Under the pieces are notes generated by a model. That model worked only from the letters and a program-made list of their open reading frames with translations, ran no database searches and had not been told where the DNA came from. From Elusimicrobiota bacterium (lineage in GTDB: Bacteria > Elusimicrobiota > Elusimicrobia > UBA1565 > UBA9628): 20,980 nucleotides of DNA. A program made the translations under genes and the position numbers. Positions 6,671 to 14,733 of the stretch are shown piece by piece (the stretch's first letter is position 1; each line of letters starts with the position of its first letter). Where the stretch lies: positions 1 to 20,980 of the forward strand of contig DAHVNA010000035.1 of NCBI GenBank assembly GCA_027319565.1, given 5' to 3'.

Positions 6671-9369
6671 TTCTTGTATTTTTTCCCGGAACCGCAATAG
6701 CAGGGATCATTGCGGCCGATTTTGGCCAGCTCAGGCAAAGAATCGCCCGATTCTTTCTGAAGAGCGTTTTTGGACGCGACCCGCCCATTTTTCGATCCTT
6801 GAACCTCTTCCTGGTGATTCATGGTCATCTCAACAACCGGGCGCGGCGGAGCGATCTTGGGAGCCTCTACTTTAAAGAGATACTCGATGACTTGTTCCCG
6901 AATTTTAGCCAACATCGCCTCAAAGAGAACAAAAGATTCCCTCTGGTATTCGATTTTCGGGTCTTTTTGCCCGTAGGCGCGCAGGCCGATTGATTTTTTC
7001 AGATGATCGAGATCGTAGAGATGGCCCTTCCAGGCGCGATCAATCATTTGAAGAAGAATCATCCGCTCAATCTCGCGAAAATCAAAGCCTTCAAATTCTT
7101 TTTCCCGCTCGAGATAAAGCGCCTTAACGGCCTTAAGGGTCTCTTCTAATAAAGAGACTTTGTCGTATTTTAAAATCTCTTCTTGGCTCACGCTCCAATT
7201 GACGCCAAAAACTCGCTCCAGATAGGCTTTAAAGGTGGGGATATCCCAGGTCTCGGCGTGGCTATCGCCAGGAGCGATTTCTTCGATTTTATCTCTTAAG
7301 TCTTCTTCCATCATGAGATAAATCTGAGGGGTAATGGTCTCATTATCCAAAACGCCGTTGCGCAGCCGGTAAATGGCTTCCCGCTGCTTATTCATGACGT
7401 TATCGTAATCTAAAAGTTGTTTGCGGACATCGAAGTGATGCGTTTCAACCCGCCTCTGCGCGCCTTCAATCTGGCGAGAAACCAAGCGAGATTCAATCAC
7501 CTCGCCTTCTTTCATCCCCAATTTCTCCATGATCATCGACAGGCGATCGGAGCCGAAAAGACGCATGAGCTCATCATCCAAGGCCAAATAAAAACGAGAA
7601 GAGCCCGGATCTCCCTGGCGTCCGCAGCGGCCGCGAAGCTGATTGTCGATTCTTCGCGCCTCGTGCCTTTCAGTTCCTAGAACATGAAGGCCTCCCAAGC
7701 TTTTAACCAATTCATACTCTTCTTTATCCTGGGGGTTTCCTCCGAGCAAAATATCGGTTCCCCGGCCCGCCATGTTGGTCGCGATGGTAACCGCGCCTTT
7801 CCGTCCGGCCTGGGCGATAATCTGGGCTTCTTGCTCATGATACTTCGCGTTTAAAACCTGATGGGGAATGCCTTCCGAGCGCAGCATCGCCGACAATTTT
7901 TCTGATTTTTCTATCGAGCGCGTGCCCACCAAGACAGGACGTCCGGTTTTCCACAACTCTTTTATCTCATCGGCAATCGCGCGATATTTTTCCCTTTCGG
8001 TTCTATAGATTAAATCCGAAAAATCCTGCCGGACCATTTTCTGATGCGTCGGTATTTCATAAACGGGAACGCCGTAAATTTCCAGAAACTCGTCTTCTTC
8101 AGTCATCGCCGTTCCGGTCATTCCGGCCATTTTCTTATAAAGCTTAAAGAAATTTTGGAAAGTGATCGTGGCCAGGGTCTGGTTTTCTTCTTTCGGCGGC
8201 AAATGCTCCTTAGTCTCGACCGCTTGGTGAAGCCCGTCGGACCAGCGGCGGCCCGGCATCAAGCGCCCGGTAAATTCATCGACGATAATGACTTCGCCGT
8301 CTTTGACGACATAATCGACATCCCGCGAATAAAGATGATGCGCGCGCAGGGCCTGCGTGATATGATGAACCCACTCGCCTTCCAGATCATCATAGAGATT
8401 CGGAATCCCCAGGAGTTTTTCGCACTTTTGTATGCCGTCTTCGGTTAAAACCGCGGTGTGATTTTTCTCATCGACAATCGCGTCATAACCCTTGCTTAAA
8501 TCTTCCCCGGTATATTTGGCCTGAATCTCCTCTTCTTCGGTAATCTTGCGCACCTTTAAAGCGGGAATAATCCGGTTAATAATGGCGTAGCGATCGGTCG
8601 ATTTTTCCGCCGCTCCGGAAATGATCAAAGGGGTTCGCGCTTCGTCAATTAAAATTGAATCAACTTCGTCGATAATCGCGAAATGAAGAGGCCTTAAGAC
8701 CCGGTCCTCTTTTCTGACGACCATATTGTCTCTCAAATAATCGAAGCCGACCTCGTTATTGGTGACATAGGTCACGTCCGAAGCGTAAGCCGCCCGGCGT
8801 TCTTCATTGGACATGTCATGCTGGACATATCCGACCGTCAATCCCAAGAAACGGAAAACTTTTCCCATCCATTCGCAATCGCGCTTAGCCAAATAATCAT
8901 TGACCGTCACGATATGGGTTCCGCGATTGAGCAAACAATTAAGATAGGCGGGGGCCGTCGCGACCAAGGTCTTTCCTTCCCCGGTTCTCATCTCGGCAAT
9001 CGCCCCGTTATGAAGAACAAGGCCGCCTAAAATCTGAACGTCAAATTGCCTCAAACCAATAGATCGCCGAGAGGCTTCTCGGGTGAGAGCGAAAGCTTCG
9101 GGAAGAAATCCGTCTAAAACTTCCTGCCAGACGGCCTTGATGATTTTCTCTTTTGCTTCCTCGTCTTCCGGCAGCTGCTGCGGTATTTTATCTTCGACCG
9201 CATGCCGAACTTTCTCTTTAAGTTCGGCAGTCTTTTGGGGAAACGCCTCATCCGGCAGAGACTGAATCTCCGCTTCAAGCGCGTTAACCGCCTCAAGGAG
9301 CGGGCGATACTTTTTAAGGGTCCGCTCGCTCGGGGTTCCGATTAGGGAATAAATCAAGCTCTGAATCAT
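6655..9369 (-). CDS. secA: Preprotein translocase ATPase SecA
   Basis: MRTGEGKT, DEVDSILIDEARTPLIISG, TNMAGRGTDI, QLRGRCGRQGDPG and C-terminal SEC-C motif GRNDPCYCGSGKKYKKCHG. Start reassigned to ATG 9369 (MIQSLI), because the track extension runs through a terminator and the upstream gene. Confidence 0.98.
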   Translation of the reverse strand: MIQSLIYSLIGTPSERTLKKYRPLLEAVNALEAEIQSLPDEAFPQKTAELKEKVRHAVEDKIPQQLPEDEEAKEKIIKAVWQEVLDGFLPEAFALTREASRRSIGLRQFDVQILGGLVLHNGAIAEMRTGEGKTLVATAPAYLNCLLNRGTHIVTVNDYLAKRDCEWMGKVFRFLGLTVGYVQHDMSNEERRAAYASDVTYVTNNEVGFDYLRDNMVVRKEDRVLRPLHFAIIDEVDSILIDEARTPLIISGAAEKSTDRYAIINRIIPALKVRKITEEEEIQAKYTGEDLSKGYDAIVDEKNHTAVLTEDGIQKCEKLLGIPNLYDDLEGEWVHHITQALRAHHLYSRDVDYVVKDGEVIIVDEFTGRLMPGRRWSDGLHQAVETKEHLPPKEENQTLATITFQNFFKLYKKMAGMTGTAMTEEDEFLEIYGVPVYEIPTHQKMVRQDFSDLIYRTEREKYRAIADEIKELWKTGRPVLVGTRSIEKSEKLSAMLRSEGIPHQVLNAKYHEQEAQIIAQAGRKGAVTIATNMAGRGTDILLGGNPQDKEEYELVKSLGGLHVLGTERHEARRIDNQLRGRCGRQGDPGSSRFYLALDDELMRLFGSDRLSMIMEKLGMKEGEVIESRLVSRQIEGAQRRVETHHFDVRKQLLDYDNVMNKQREAIYRLRNGVLDNETITPQIYLMMEEDLRDKIEEIAPGDSHAETWDIPTFKAYLERVFGVNWSVSQEEILKYDKVSLLEETLKAVKALYLEREKEFEGFDFREIERMILLQMIDRAWKGHLYDLDHLKKSIGLRAYGQKDPKIEYQRESFVLFEAMLAKIREQVIEYLFKVEAPKIAPPRPVVEMTMNHQEEVQGSKNGRVASKNALQKESGDSLPELAKIGRNDPCYCGSGKKYKKCHGA

Positions 9370-9388
9370 GGAATAGAGATAGTTTAAC

Positions 9389-9429
9389 AAAAAAGAAACC
9401 CGGGTCGACGAGTGCAACCCGGGTTTTTT
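9389..9429 (-). terminator. Intrinsic terminator after the OMP gene (possibly bidirectional)
   Basis: AAACCCGGGT (9396-9405) pairs with ACCCGGGTTT (9417-9426). It is followed by TTTCTTTTTT on the minus strand and by a T-run on the plus strand. Confidence 0.85.
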
Positions 9430-9437
9430 ATCAGTCT

Positions 9438-10100
9438 TTAGAAATAATAGCGCATTCCCATCGTGAAGTTCATGACGCTCCCGAGAAATCCAAAGCTCGT
9501 GTCGCTCGCGGCCCCGCCGCCCGGAGAATAAGAGGCGAAGGAAACCGGCTCCCATTCGGTGTAAATACTGAGATCAGGAATCTCCCCAACAGCATGCTCT
9601 AACCCCACGCCTCCCTGGAAATTAATCAAGGATGTGCCTGAGCCCGAGCCCGTAGTAAATGAGGGCATCAATTCCACGTCCGCGTAAAAGATGTTATGTT
9701 TGGATTCTTTGATCGCAAACATCCCTTCCGCGCGAAGAGAGATGAGCGATTCGCTTTTAGGGCTGGTCTGTAACATGCCGAACCCAAAACCACCATCGAA
9801 TCCGAACTGGCGATTCACCCAATAACGGCCGTCCAAAGTTCCCATTTGAATCGATTCTCCGCTCTCGGTATCAAGAGGAACCAAGGTCGAGTCCCAACTT
9901 GGGCCCACCCCAACTTTACCCACGTTGACATAGGTGTTGTCCCCTGAACTCGAAGATTGAGCTTCATCAGAAGACTGCTGTTCGGCCTGAGCCTTGTGTT
10001 TGCGCTTCTTATGCTTTGCCGCATGAGCCTGTGGCGCGCTTAAAAAAACGCAAAACGCTCCTAAGGCGAGGACGGCTAAACTACTCTTCCAGTTTTTCAT
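9438..10100 (-). CDS. Putative small outer-membrane beta-barrel protein
   Basis: Signal peptide ending AHA, alternating amphipathic beta strands rich in Gly and aromatics, C-terminal beta-signal FTMGMRYYF, and AGGAG RBS at 10110-10106. Confidence 0.8.
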   Translation of the reverse strand: MKNWKSSLAVLALGAFCVFLSAPQAHAAKHKKRKHKAQAEQQSSDEAQSSSSGDNTYVNVGKVGVGPSWDSTLVPLDTESGESIQMGTLDGRYWVNRQFGFDGGFGFGMLQTSPKSESLISLRAEGMFAIKESKHNIFYADVELMPSFTTGSGSGTSLINFQGGVGLEHAVGEIPDLSIYTEWEPVSFASYSPGGGAASDTSFGFLGSVMNFTMGMRYYF

Positions 10101-10135
10101 TTTGTCTCCTTTGCGATAGATTTAACTTCTTTAGG

Positions 10136-10165
10136 ATTCTATTATCAATTGTTTCCTTCTGTCAA
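10136..10165 (-). promoter_or_regulatory. Sigma70-type promoter for the OMP gene
   Basis: Minus strand: TTGACA (10165-10160), 18-nt spacer, TAGAAT (10141-10136). The -35 box overlaps the mltG TGA stop. Confidence 0.7.
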
Positions 10166-11136
10166 TGGAGATAAGGAGAATTTTTTTCTTTGTTTTTGCG
10201 CACGGCTTCCTTAAATAACTCTTTGTTGCGCAAATGCTCTTCATTAGTCGCGGCGAAACGATGTCCGCCCTCTCCATCGGACACGAAATAAAGGGCGTCT
10301 GTGTGGGCCGGACTCAGAGCCGCCAGGAAAGAACTAAGCCCAAAGCTGCAGATGGGGCCGGGAGGAAGCCCGTAATAAATATAGGTGTTGTAGGGGGAAT
10401 CGACTTTGAGATCTCTCTTGCTCAACTCTTTTTTCCAACGCCCTAAGGCGTATTGAACGGTGGGATCGGCCTCTAATTTCATGCGCAATCTCAAGCGGTT
10501 GATATAAACCGCCGCAATCATGGGTCTTTCTTTATCCAACACCGCTTCTCTTTGAATAATGGAAGCTAAAATCGCCGCTTGGCGAAAATTCAAATAAGGC
10601 TTCGGACTTGTTTTCTGATAAGCCGTTCCGATCACGCGAAAGAATTCATCTTCCATCTTCTGAGCGGCCTTGGCCGGGGGGGTATTGGGATCAAAATAAT
10701 ACACCGATGGAAACAGATAGCCCTCCAAACTCCTGGCCGCCACGTAATTTTCAAAGTCAATGGCCGGACAAATGCCCAAGGCTTCGAGCCTCTCCGCGAT
10801 CTGACGGGCAGAGAATCCCTCCGGGATCACGACCTTTATTCCCCGAGTCGAGCCTTCATTGAGAATTTTTAAAAGCGAAAAAAGCCACATATGCTTTTCA
10901 AGTTGATAGACGCCGGCCTCGATATGGCGATCAACCCCGGTTAATTTCGCCGCCGCGCGAAAGACCAGTTTTGAGGCGATAACGCCTTTGTCTTTGAGAA
11001 TCGTCGCCGCTTGAGCCGCAGAAACCCCTTCCGGGAGATTGACCAAGACTTGCTCTTTAGGCTTGTGGGGAAAAAGAAAAATAAGGGAAAGAAAAACTAA
11101 AACCGATCCCAATCCGATTAAGAGCCTTCTATTCAC
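10162..11136 (-). CDS. mltG: Endolytic transglycosylase MltG (YceG family)
   Basis: N-terminal TM anchor, VVIPEG, LEGYLFP, ILASIIQREA (catalytic Glu), NRL..MKLEADPTVQY, DSPYNTY..GLPPGPI and LYFV. GTG start. Confidence 0.96.
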   Translation of the reverse strand: MNRRLLIGLGSVLVFLSLIFLFPHKPKEQVLVNLPEGVSAAQAATILKDKGVIASKLVFRAAAKLTGVDRHIEAGVYQLEKHMWLFSLLKILNEGSTRGIKVVIPEGFSARQIAERLEALGICPAIDFENYVAARSLEGYLFPSVYYFDPNTPPAKAAQKMEDEFFRVIGTAYQKTSPKPYLNFRQAAILASIIQREAVLDKERPMIAAVYINRLRLRMKLEADPTVQYALGRWKKELSKRDLKVDSPYNTYIYYGLPPGPICSFGLSSFLAALSPAHTDALYFVSDGEGGHRFAATNEEHLRNKELFKEAVRKNKEKNSPYLH

Positions 11137-11154
11137 CGCGTTTCTAAATGGAAC

Positions 11155-12768
11155 CTAATTTCCAAAGACAGGACATTCTCCAAAAGAATCTTTAAGGGCG
11201 GAAATAATTTCTCCAACGGTCGCGTAAGACTCCACCGCTTCCATAATCGGCGGGAGAATATTCGTCGTTCCAAGAGCCGCGTCTTTAACTCGCGCCAAGG
11301 CCTTTTGAACGGACTCATTGTCTCTTGACTTGCGCAATTTTTTTAAGGACCCAATCTGGCGGGCCTCAACCGAATTTTTGATTTCCAAAATCTTCGGCCT
11401 CTGGGAATCCGAGGCGAAAATATTAACGCCGACAATTTTCCTTCTCTTTTCCGCCAAATCAACCTCGAAACGATAAGCAGTCTCGGCAATTTCTCTATGA
11501 AAAAACCCTTTTTCAATGGCGGGCACCACTCCTCCCAAATCCTTAATTTTCTTCATTAAGGCTGACGAGCGGGAAAAAATTTCATCGGTCAAGGATTCCA
11601 AGTAATACGATCCGCCGAAAGGATCCGGGGTATCGGTAACCCCGCTTTCAAAAGCGAGAATCTGCTGAGTTCTAAGGGCTATCCTGACCGCCTGATCGGT
11701 CGGCAAGGACAAAGCCTCATCATATGAGTTCGTGTGCAAGCTTTGCGTTCCGCCCAAGACCGCGGCCAGAGCCTGATAGGCGACGCGAACGATATTGGTT
11801 AATGGTTGTTGCGCCGTCAAGCTGACGCCGGCGGTCTGGCAATGCATGGGGAGCATCCAAGAAATTTCCCGCTGGGCGCCAAACTCCTCTTTCATCATCG
11901 TCGCCCAAATTCTGCGCGCCGCCCGCAATTTTCCGATCTCCTCAAAAAAATAATTGTGAACATCAAAGAAAAATGAGAGATGGGAAGCAAAATCATCGAC
12001 GCCAAGCCCTCTTTTAATCAAGCGTTCGACATACTCGCGACCGTCGGCCAAGGTAAAGGCCAACTCTTGAACCGCGTCGGCCCCGGCTTCCCGGATATGA
12101 TAACCGGAAATGGAAATGGGATAAAAACGCGGAACTTCCCGAACGCAGAATTCAATGGTATCTAAAACAATCCGCAAGGACGCTTCCGGGGGAAACAAAT
12201 ACTCGTTTTGAGCGATATATTCTTTTAAAATATCTGTCTGGCAAGTTCCGCGAACGCGTTTAAACGGAACGCCTTGTTTTTTAGCGACCGCTAAATACAT
12301 GCAGAGAAGAATCGGCGCCGGCAAATTAATCGTCATCGAAGTCGAAACCTTGGCGATGTCGATGCCAGAAAACAAGGCCTCCATATCGGCGAGACTATCC
12401 ACCGCCACGCCTTCCCGCCCGACCTCTCCCAGAGAACGAGGATCGTCGGAATCAAGCCCCATCAATGTCGGCAAGTCAAAAGCCGTTGAAAGACCGGTTT
12501 CTCCGTGAGAGAGGAGATATTTAAAGCGCTCGTTGGTGTCTTTAGCGGTCTTATGCCCGGCAAATTGCCGCATCGTCCAATGTCCGGTTCGGTATCCTCC
12601 GCTTTTAAGCCCCCTGGTGAAAGGATAGCGCCCAGGACGCCCAATAGCGGTCTCAAAATCAATCGAAGAGAGATCTTCCGGCCCGTAAGCTAAACCCACC
12701 GGAATCCCCGACAAGGTCAAGGGAGCAAGGTATTCTTTCTCTCCCGCTGATTTTTCTAGGACAGGCAT
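11155..12768 (-). CDS. B12-dependent acyl-CoA mutase large (substrate-binding) subunit, isobutyryl-CoA mutase (IcmA)-like
   Basis: PGRYPFTRG, WTMRQFAG, GLSTAFDLPT, GTCQTDILKEYIAQ, ISISGYHIREAG and GGTQSLHTNSYDEA. 537 aa with no DxHxxG cobalamin-binding domain. Confidence 0.93.
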   Translation of the reverse strand: MPVLEKSAGEKEYLAPLTLSGIPVGLAYGPEDLSSIDFETAIGRPGRYPFTRGLKSGGYRTGHWTMRQFAGHKTAKDTNERFKYLLSHGETGLSTAFDLPTLMGLDSDDPRSLGEVGREGVAVDSLADMEALFSGIDIAKVSTSMTINLPAPILLCMYLAVAKKQGVPFKRVRGTCQTDILKEYIAQNEYLFPPEASLRIVLDTIEFCVREVPRFYPISISGYHIREAGADAVQELAFTLADGREYVERLIKRGLGVDDFASHLSFFFDVHNYFFEEIGKLRAARRIWATMMKEEFGAQREISWMLPMHCQTAGVSLTAQQPLTNIVRVAYQALAAVLGGTQSLHTNSYDEALSLPTDQAVRIALRTQQILAFESGVTDTPDPFGGSYYLESLTDEIFSRSSALMKKIKDLGGVVPAIEKGFFHREIAETAYRFEVDLAEKRRKIVGVNIFASDSQRPKILEIKNSVEARQIGSLKKLRKSRDNESVQKALARVKDAALGTTNILPPIMEAVESYATVGEIISALKDSFGECPVFGN

Positions 12769-12774
12769 AAAATT

Positions 12775-13539
12775 CTATTTTCCATGTCCAGAATTACCTA
12801 ATTTTCTCATTTGACGCATAAGGTTTTCCCGAACGGCATGACGATTGGGGCCTTTTTGCCTGAAAACATTTTTATGTTTTTGCTTCCAATTTAGATGAAC
12901 GGAAACCAAGGATTTTCGAACATCCGCCATCTGCTTCCTATATTTCAAGAAATAGCGAAGAGGACGAGGATGGGGAAGTTTCTCGTTTTTGGATTTCACC
13001 GCAAGCTCTTGGCGCGGTTTTAGGAATTGATGCCCGGAATGATTGGTCACTTCGACTTTTCCCTCATCAAAAACCCCGATTTTTGAGACGCGGTTGTCGG
13101 AAACTCCTACGCCGAACTCAGTCCCGCGAATGGCGGCGACCGCCATTGGAGTCTGAACTTGAAGATTTTGAGCGGATAAGAGATGGTCGAATTTAGCGAT
13201 AATATTTCCCAGACCCAGAAAAAGAGAGGTCTTCGCCTGGCTCAAGGCTTTGACAGTAAAACTGGAATTAGGCATCAAGCTGATGACTCCGCTGCCGTTA
13301 AAAGCGATTTGGGCCTGCCCGTCGGCGTTGGTGACAATTCTGTCTCCAGACTCGAGCGGAAGCCCGGGAACCGCCGCATATCCCTGCTGTGGGGATTTCG
13401 CCGGATAGAAACTGACGCTTCCTTTAAGAAAAGTAATTCTGGCATCCCACGATTGCGGCTGATTTTGAGCTTGAATCTTTCCTGAAAAGACAAACAACCC
13501 AAGTGCGGCAATAAGCGCAAGATAGGTCCTTTTTTTCAT
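12775..13539 (-). CDS. Exported FecR-domain protein
   Basis: Signal peptide, LESGDRIVT, VQTPMAVAAIRGTEFGV, VFDEGKVEV and a basic C-terminal tail. GAGGAG RBS, and an ATGA overlap with tyrS. Confidence 0.8.
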   Translation of the reverse strand: MKKRTYLALIAALGLFVFSGKIQAQNQPQSWDARITFLKGSVSFYPAKSPQQGYAAVPGLPLESGDRIVTNADGQAQIAFNGSGVISLMPNSSFTVKALSQAKTSLFLGLGNIIAKFDHLLSAQNLQVQTPMAVAAIRGTEFGVGVSDNRVSKIGVFDEGKVEVTNHSGHQFLKPRQELAVKSKNEKLPHPRPLRYFLKYRKQMADVRKSLVSVHLNWKQKHKNVFRQKGPNRHAVRENLMRQMRKLGNSGHGK

Positions 13540-14726
13540 TTGATCTCCTCTTTTTCCGATATAATCTCAACCGACAGAAAATGGCGTTTCCCCGCCTGCA
13601 AGGTAAATTTTTGCGGTAAGGAAGCGGGGCGATCCTCGGTGACCTTATTTCCGTCTATTTTGACCGCCCCTTGGTCTAAAAGCCGCCGCGCCTCGTTTTT
13701 TGATTTGGCGGCCCCGGATTTTAAAATCATTTCGATGAGACTGACCGATGGCGAAAAGACGGCGGCGGGAATGTCCTGCGGAAGACGCTTTTTTGAAAAG
13801 GTCTCTTCAAAAAAATTTCTTTCCTCTTGGGCGGCTGTTTCCCCTTGAAAACGCGCCGTTAAGATCTGCGCCAAGTTCTTTTTGGCCGCCATTGGATGTA
13901 ACGCGCGAACCTCATCTAAATTGAGGTTTGTTAAAAGCTCGTAATAACTGAGCATGAGTTCATCCGATAAAGACATCGTTTTCCCAAAAATATCCCGGGC
14001 GCTGTCTGTCAGGCCAATCGCATTCCCATAAGATTTTGACATTTTTTTAACCCCGTCAAGACCCACGAGAAGAGGGACCGTCATCACCACCTGCGGTTTT
14101 TGTCCGGCCAATTCCTGCATTTTCCTTCCCATCAAGAGGTTGGTGAGCTGATCGTTGCCGCCAAGTTCGATATCGGATTTGACCGCCACCGAATCTTGGC
14201 CCTGAAAAACCGGATAGAGGGTTTCCAGCATCGTCAGAGGGGAATTGTCTTTGAGCCTCTGCTTAAAATCTTCTCTTGCCAAAACTTGCTGAACGGTAAT
14301 CGCTTTGAGCGCGAATAGAATCCCTTCGTTCATGAAAGGTTTAAGCCACTCGGAATTATAGCGAATCTCGGTTTTCTGCGGGTCCAATATCTTAAAAGCC
14401 TGAGACTTATAGGTCTCGGCATTTTTTTGAATTTCATCAAGGCTTAAAGAAGGCCGGGTAGAATCGCGCCCGGAGGGATCTCCGATTAAGGCCGTAAAGT
14501 CTCCGATGATTAAAATGGCCTTGTGCCCCAAGTCTTGAAAAGCCCGCAGTTTTGACAGGGCCACGCTATGCCCCAGATGTAGGTCCGGAGAGGTCGGGTC
14601 AACCCCCAGTTTTACCCGCAAAGGGCGGGCCAACGCAAGCAAATCCGCTAATTCTTTTTCATCGATTAAAGAGACGCATCCCCGTGTCAGAGCCAACAAA
14701 GAATCTTTGAAATTCATTTCGTCCAT
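13536..14726 (-). CDS. tyrS: Tyrosyl-tRNA synthetase
   Basis: KLGVDPTSPDLHLGH (HIGH), IGDPSGR, ELGGNDQ, KMSKS and a C-terminal S4-like domain (EARRLLDQGAV). Confidence 0.98.
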   Translation of the reverse strand: MDEMNFKDSLLALTRGCVSLIDEKELADLLALARPLRVKLGVDPTSPDLHLGHSVALSKLRAFQDLGHKAILIIGDFTALIGDPSGRDSTRPSLSLDEIQKNAETYKSQAFKILDPQKTEIRYNSEWLKPFMNEGILFALKAITVQQVLAREDFKQRLKDNSPLTMLETLYPVFQGQDSVAVKSDIELGGNDQLTNLLMGRKMQELAGQKPQVVMTVPLLVGLDGVKKMSKSYGNAIGLTDSARDIFGKTMSLSDELMLSYYELLTNLNLDEVRALHPMAAKKNLAQILTARFQGETAAQEERNFFEETFSKKRLPQDIPAAVFSPSVSLIEMILKSGAAKSKNEARRLLDQGAVKIDGNKVTEDRPASLPQKFTLQAGKRHFLSVEIISEKEEIK

Positions 14727-14733
14727 TTTAGCA

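Noticed and set aside
9370..9555. 62-aa N-terminal extension of SecA containing an apparent RERHEL-x3-RERHEL repeat; considered as a SecM-like leader
   Set aside because: It is an alternative frame of the OMP gene plus a terminator. The underlying DNA repeat is imperfect, and there is no signal peptide or arrest motif.
11133..11318. 61-aa ORF bridging the mutase end and the mltG start (possible frameshift extension)
   Set aside because: The mutase ends at the normal large-subunit C-terminus (ATVGEI..AL...FG), and this frame has no DxHxxG B12-binding motif.
12769..12800. Cobalamin riboswitch upstream of the mutase
   Set aside because: There are only 6 nt of intergenic space and no B12-box is recognisable.
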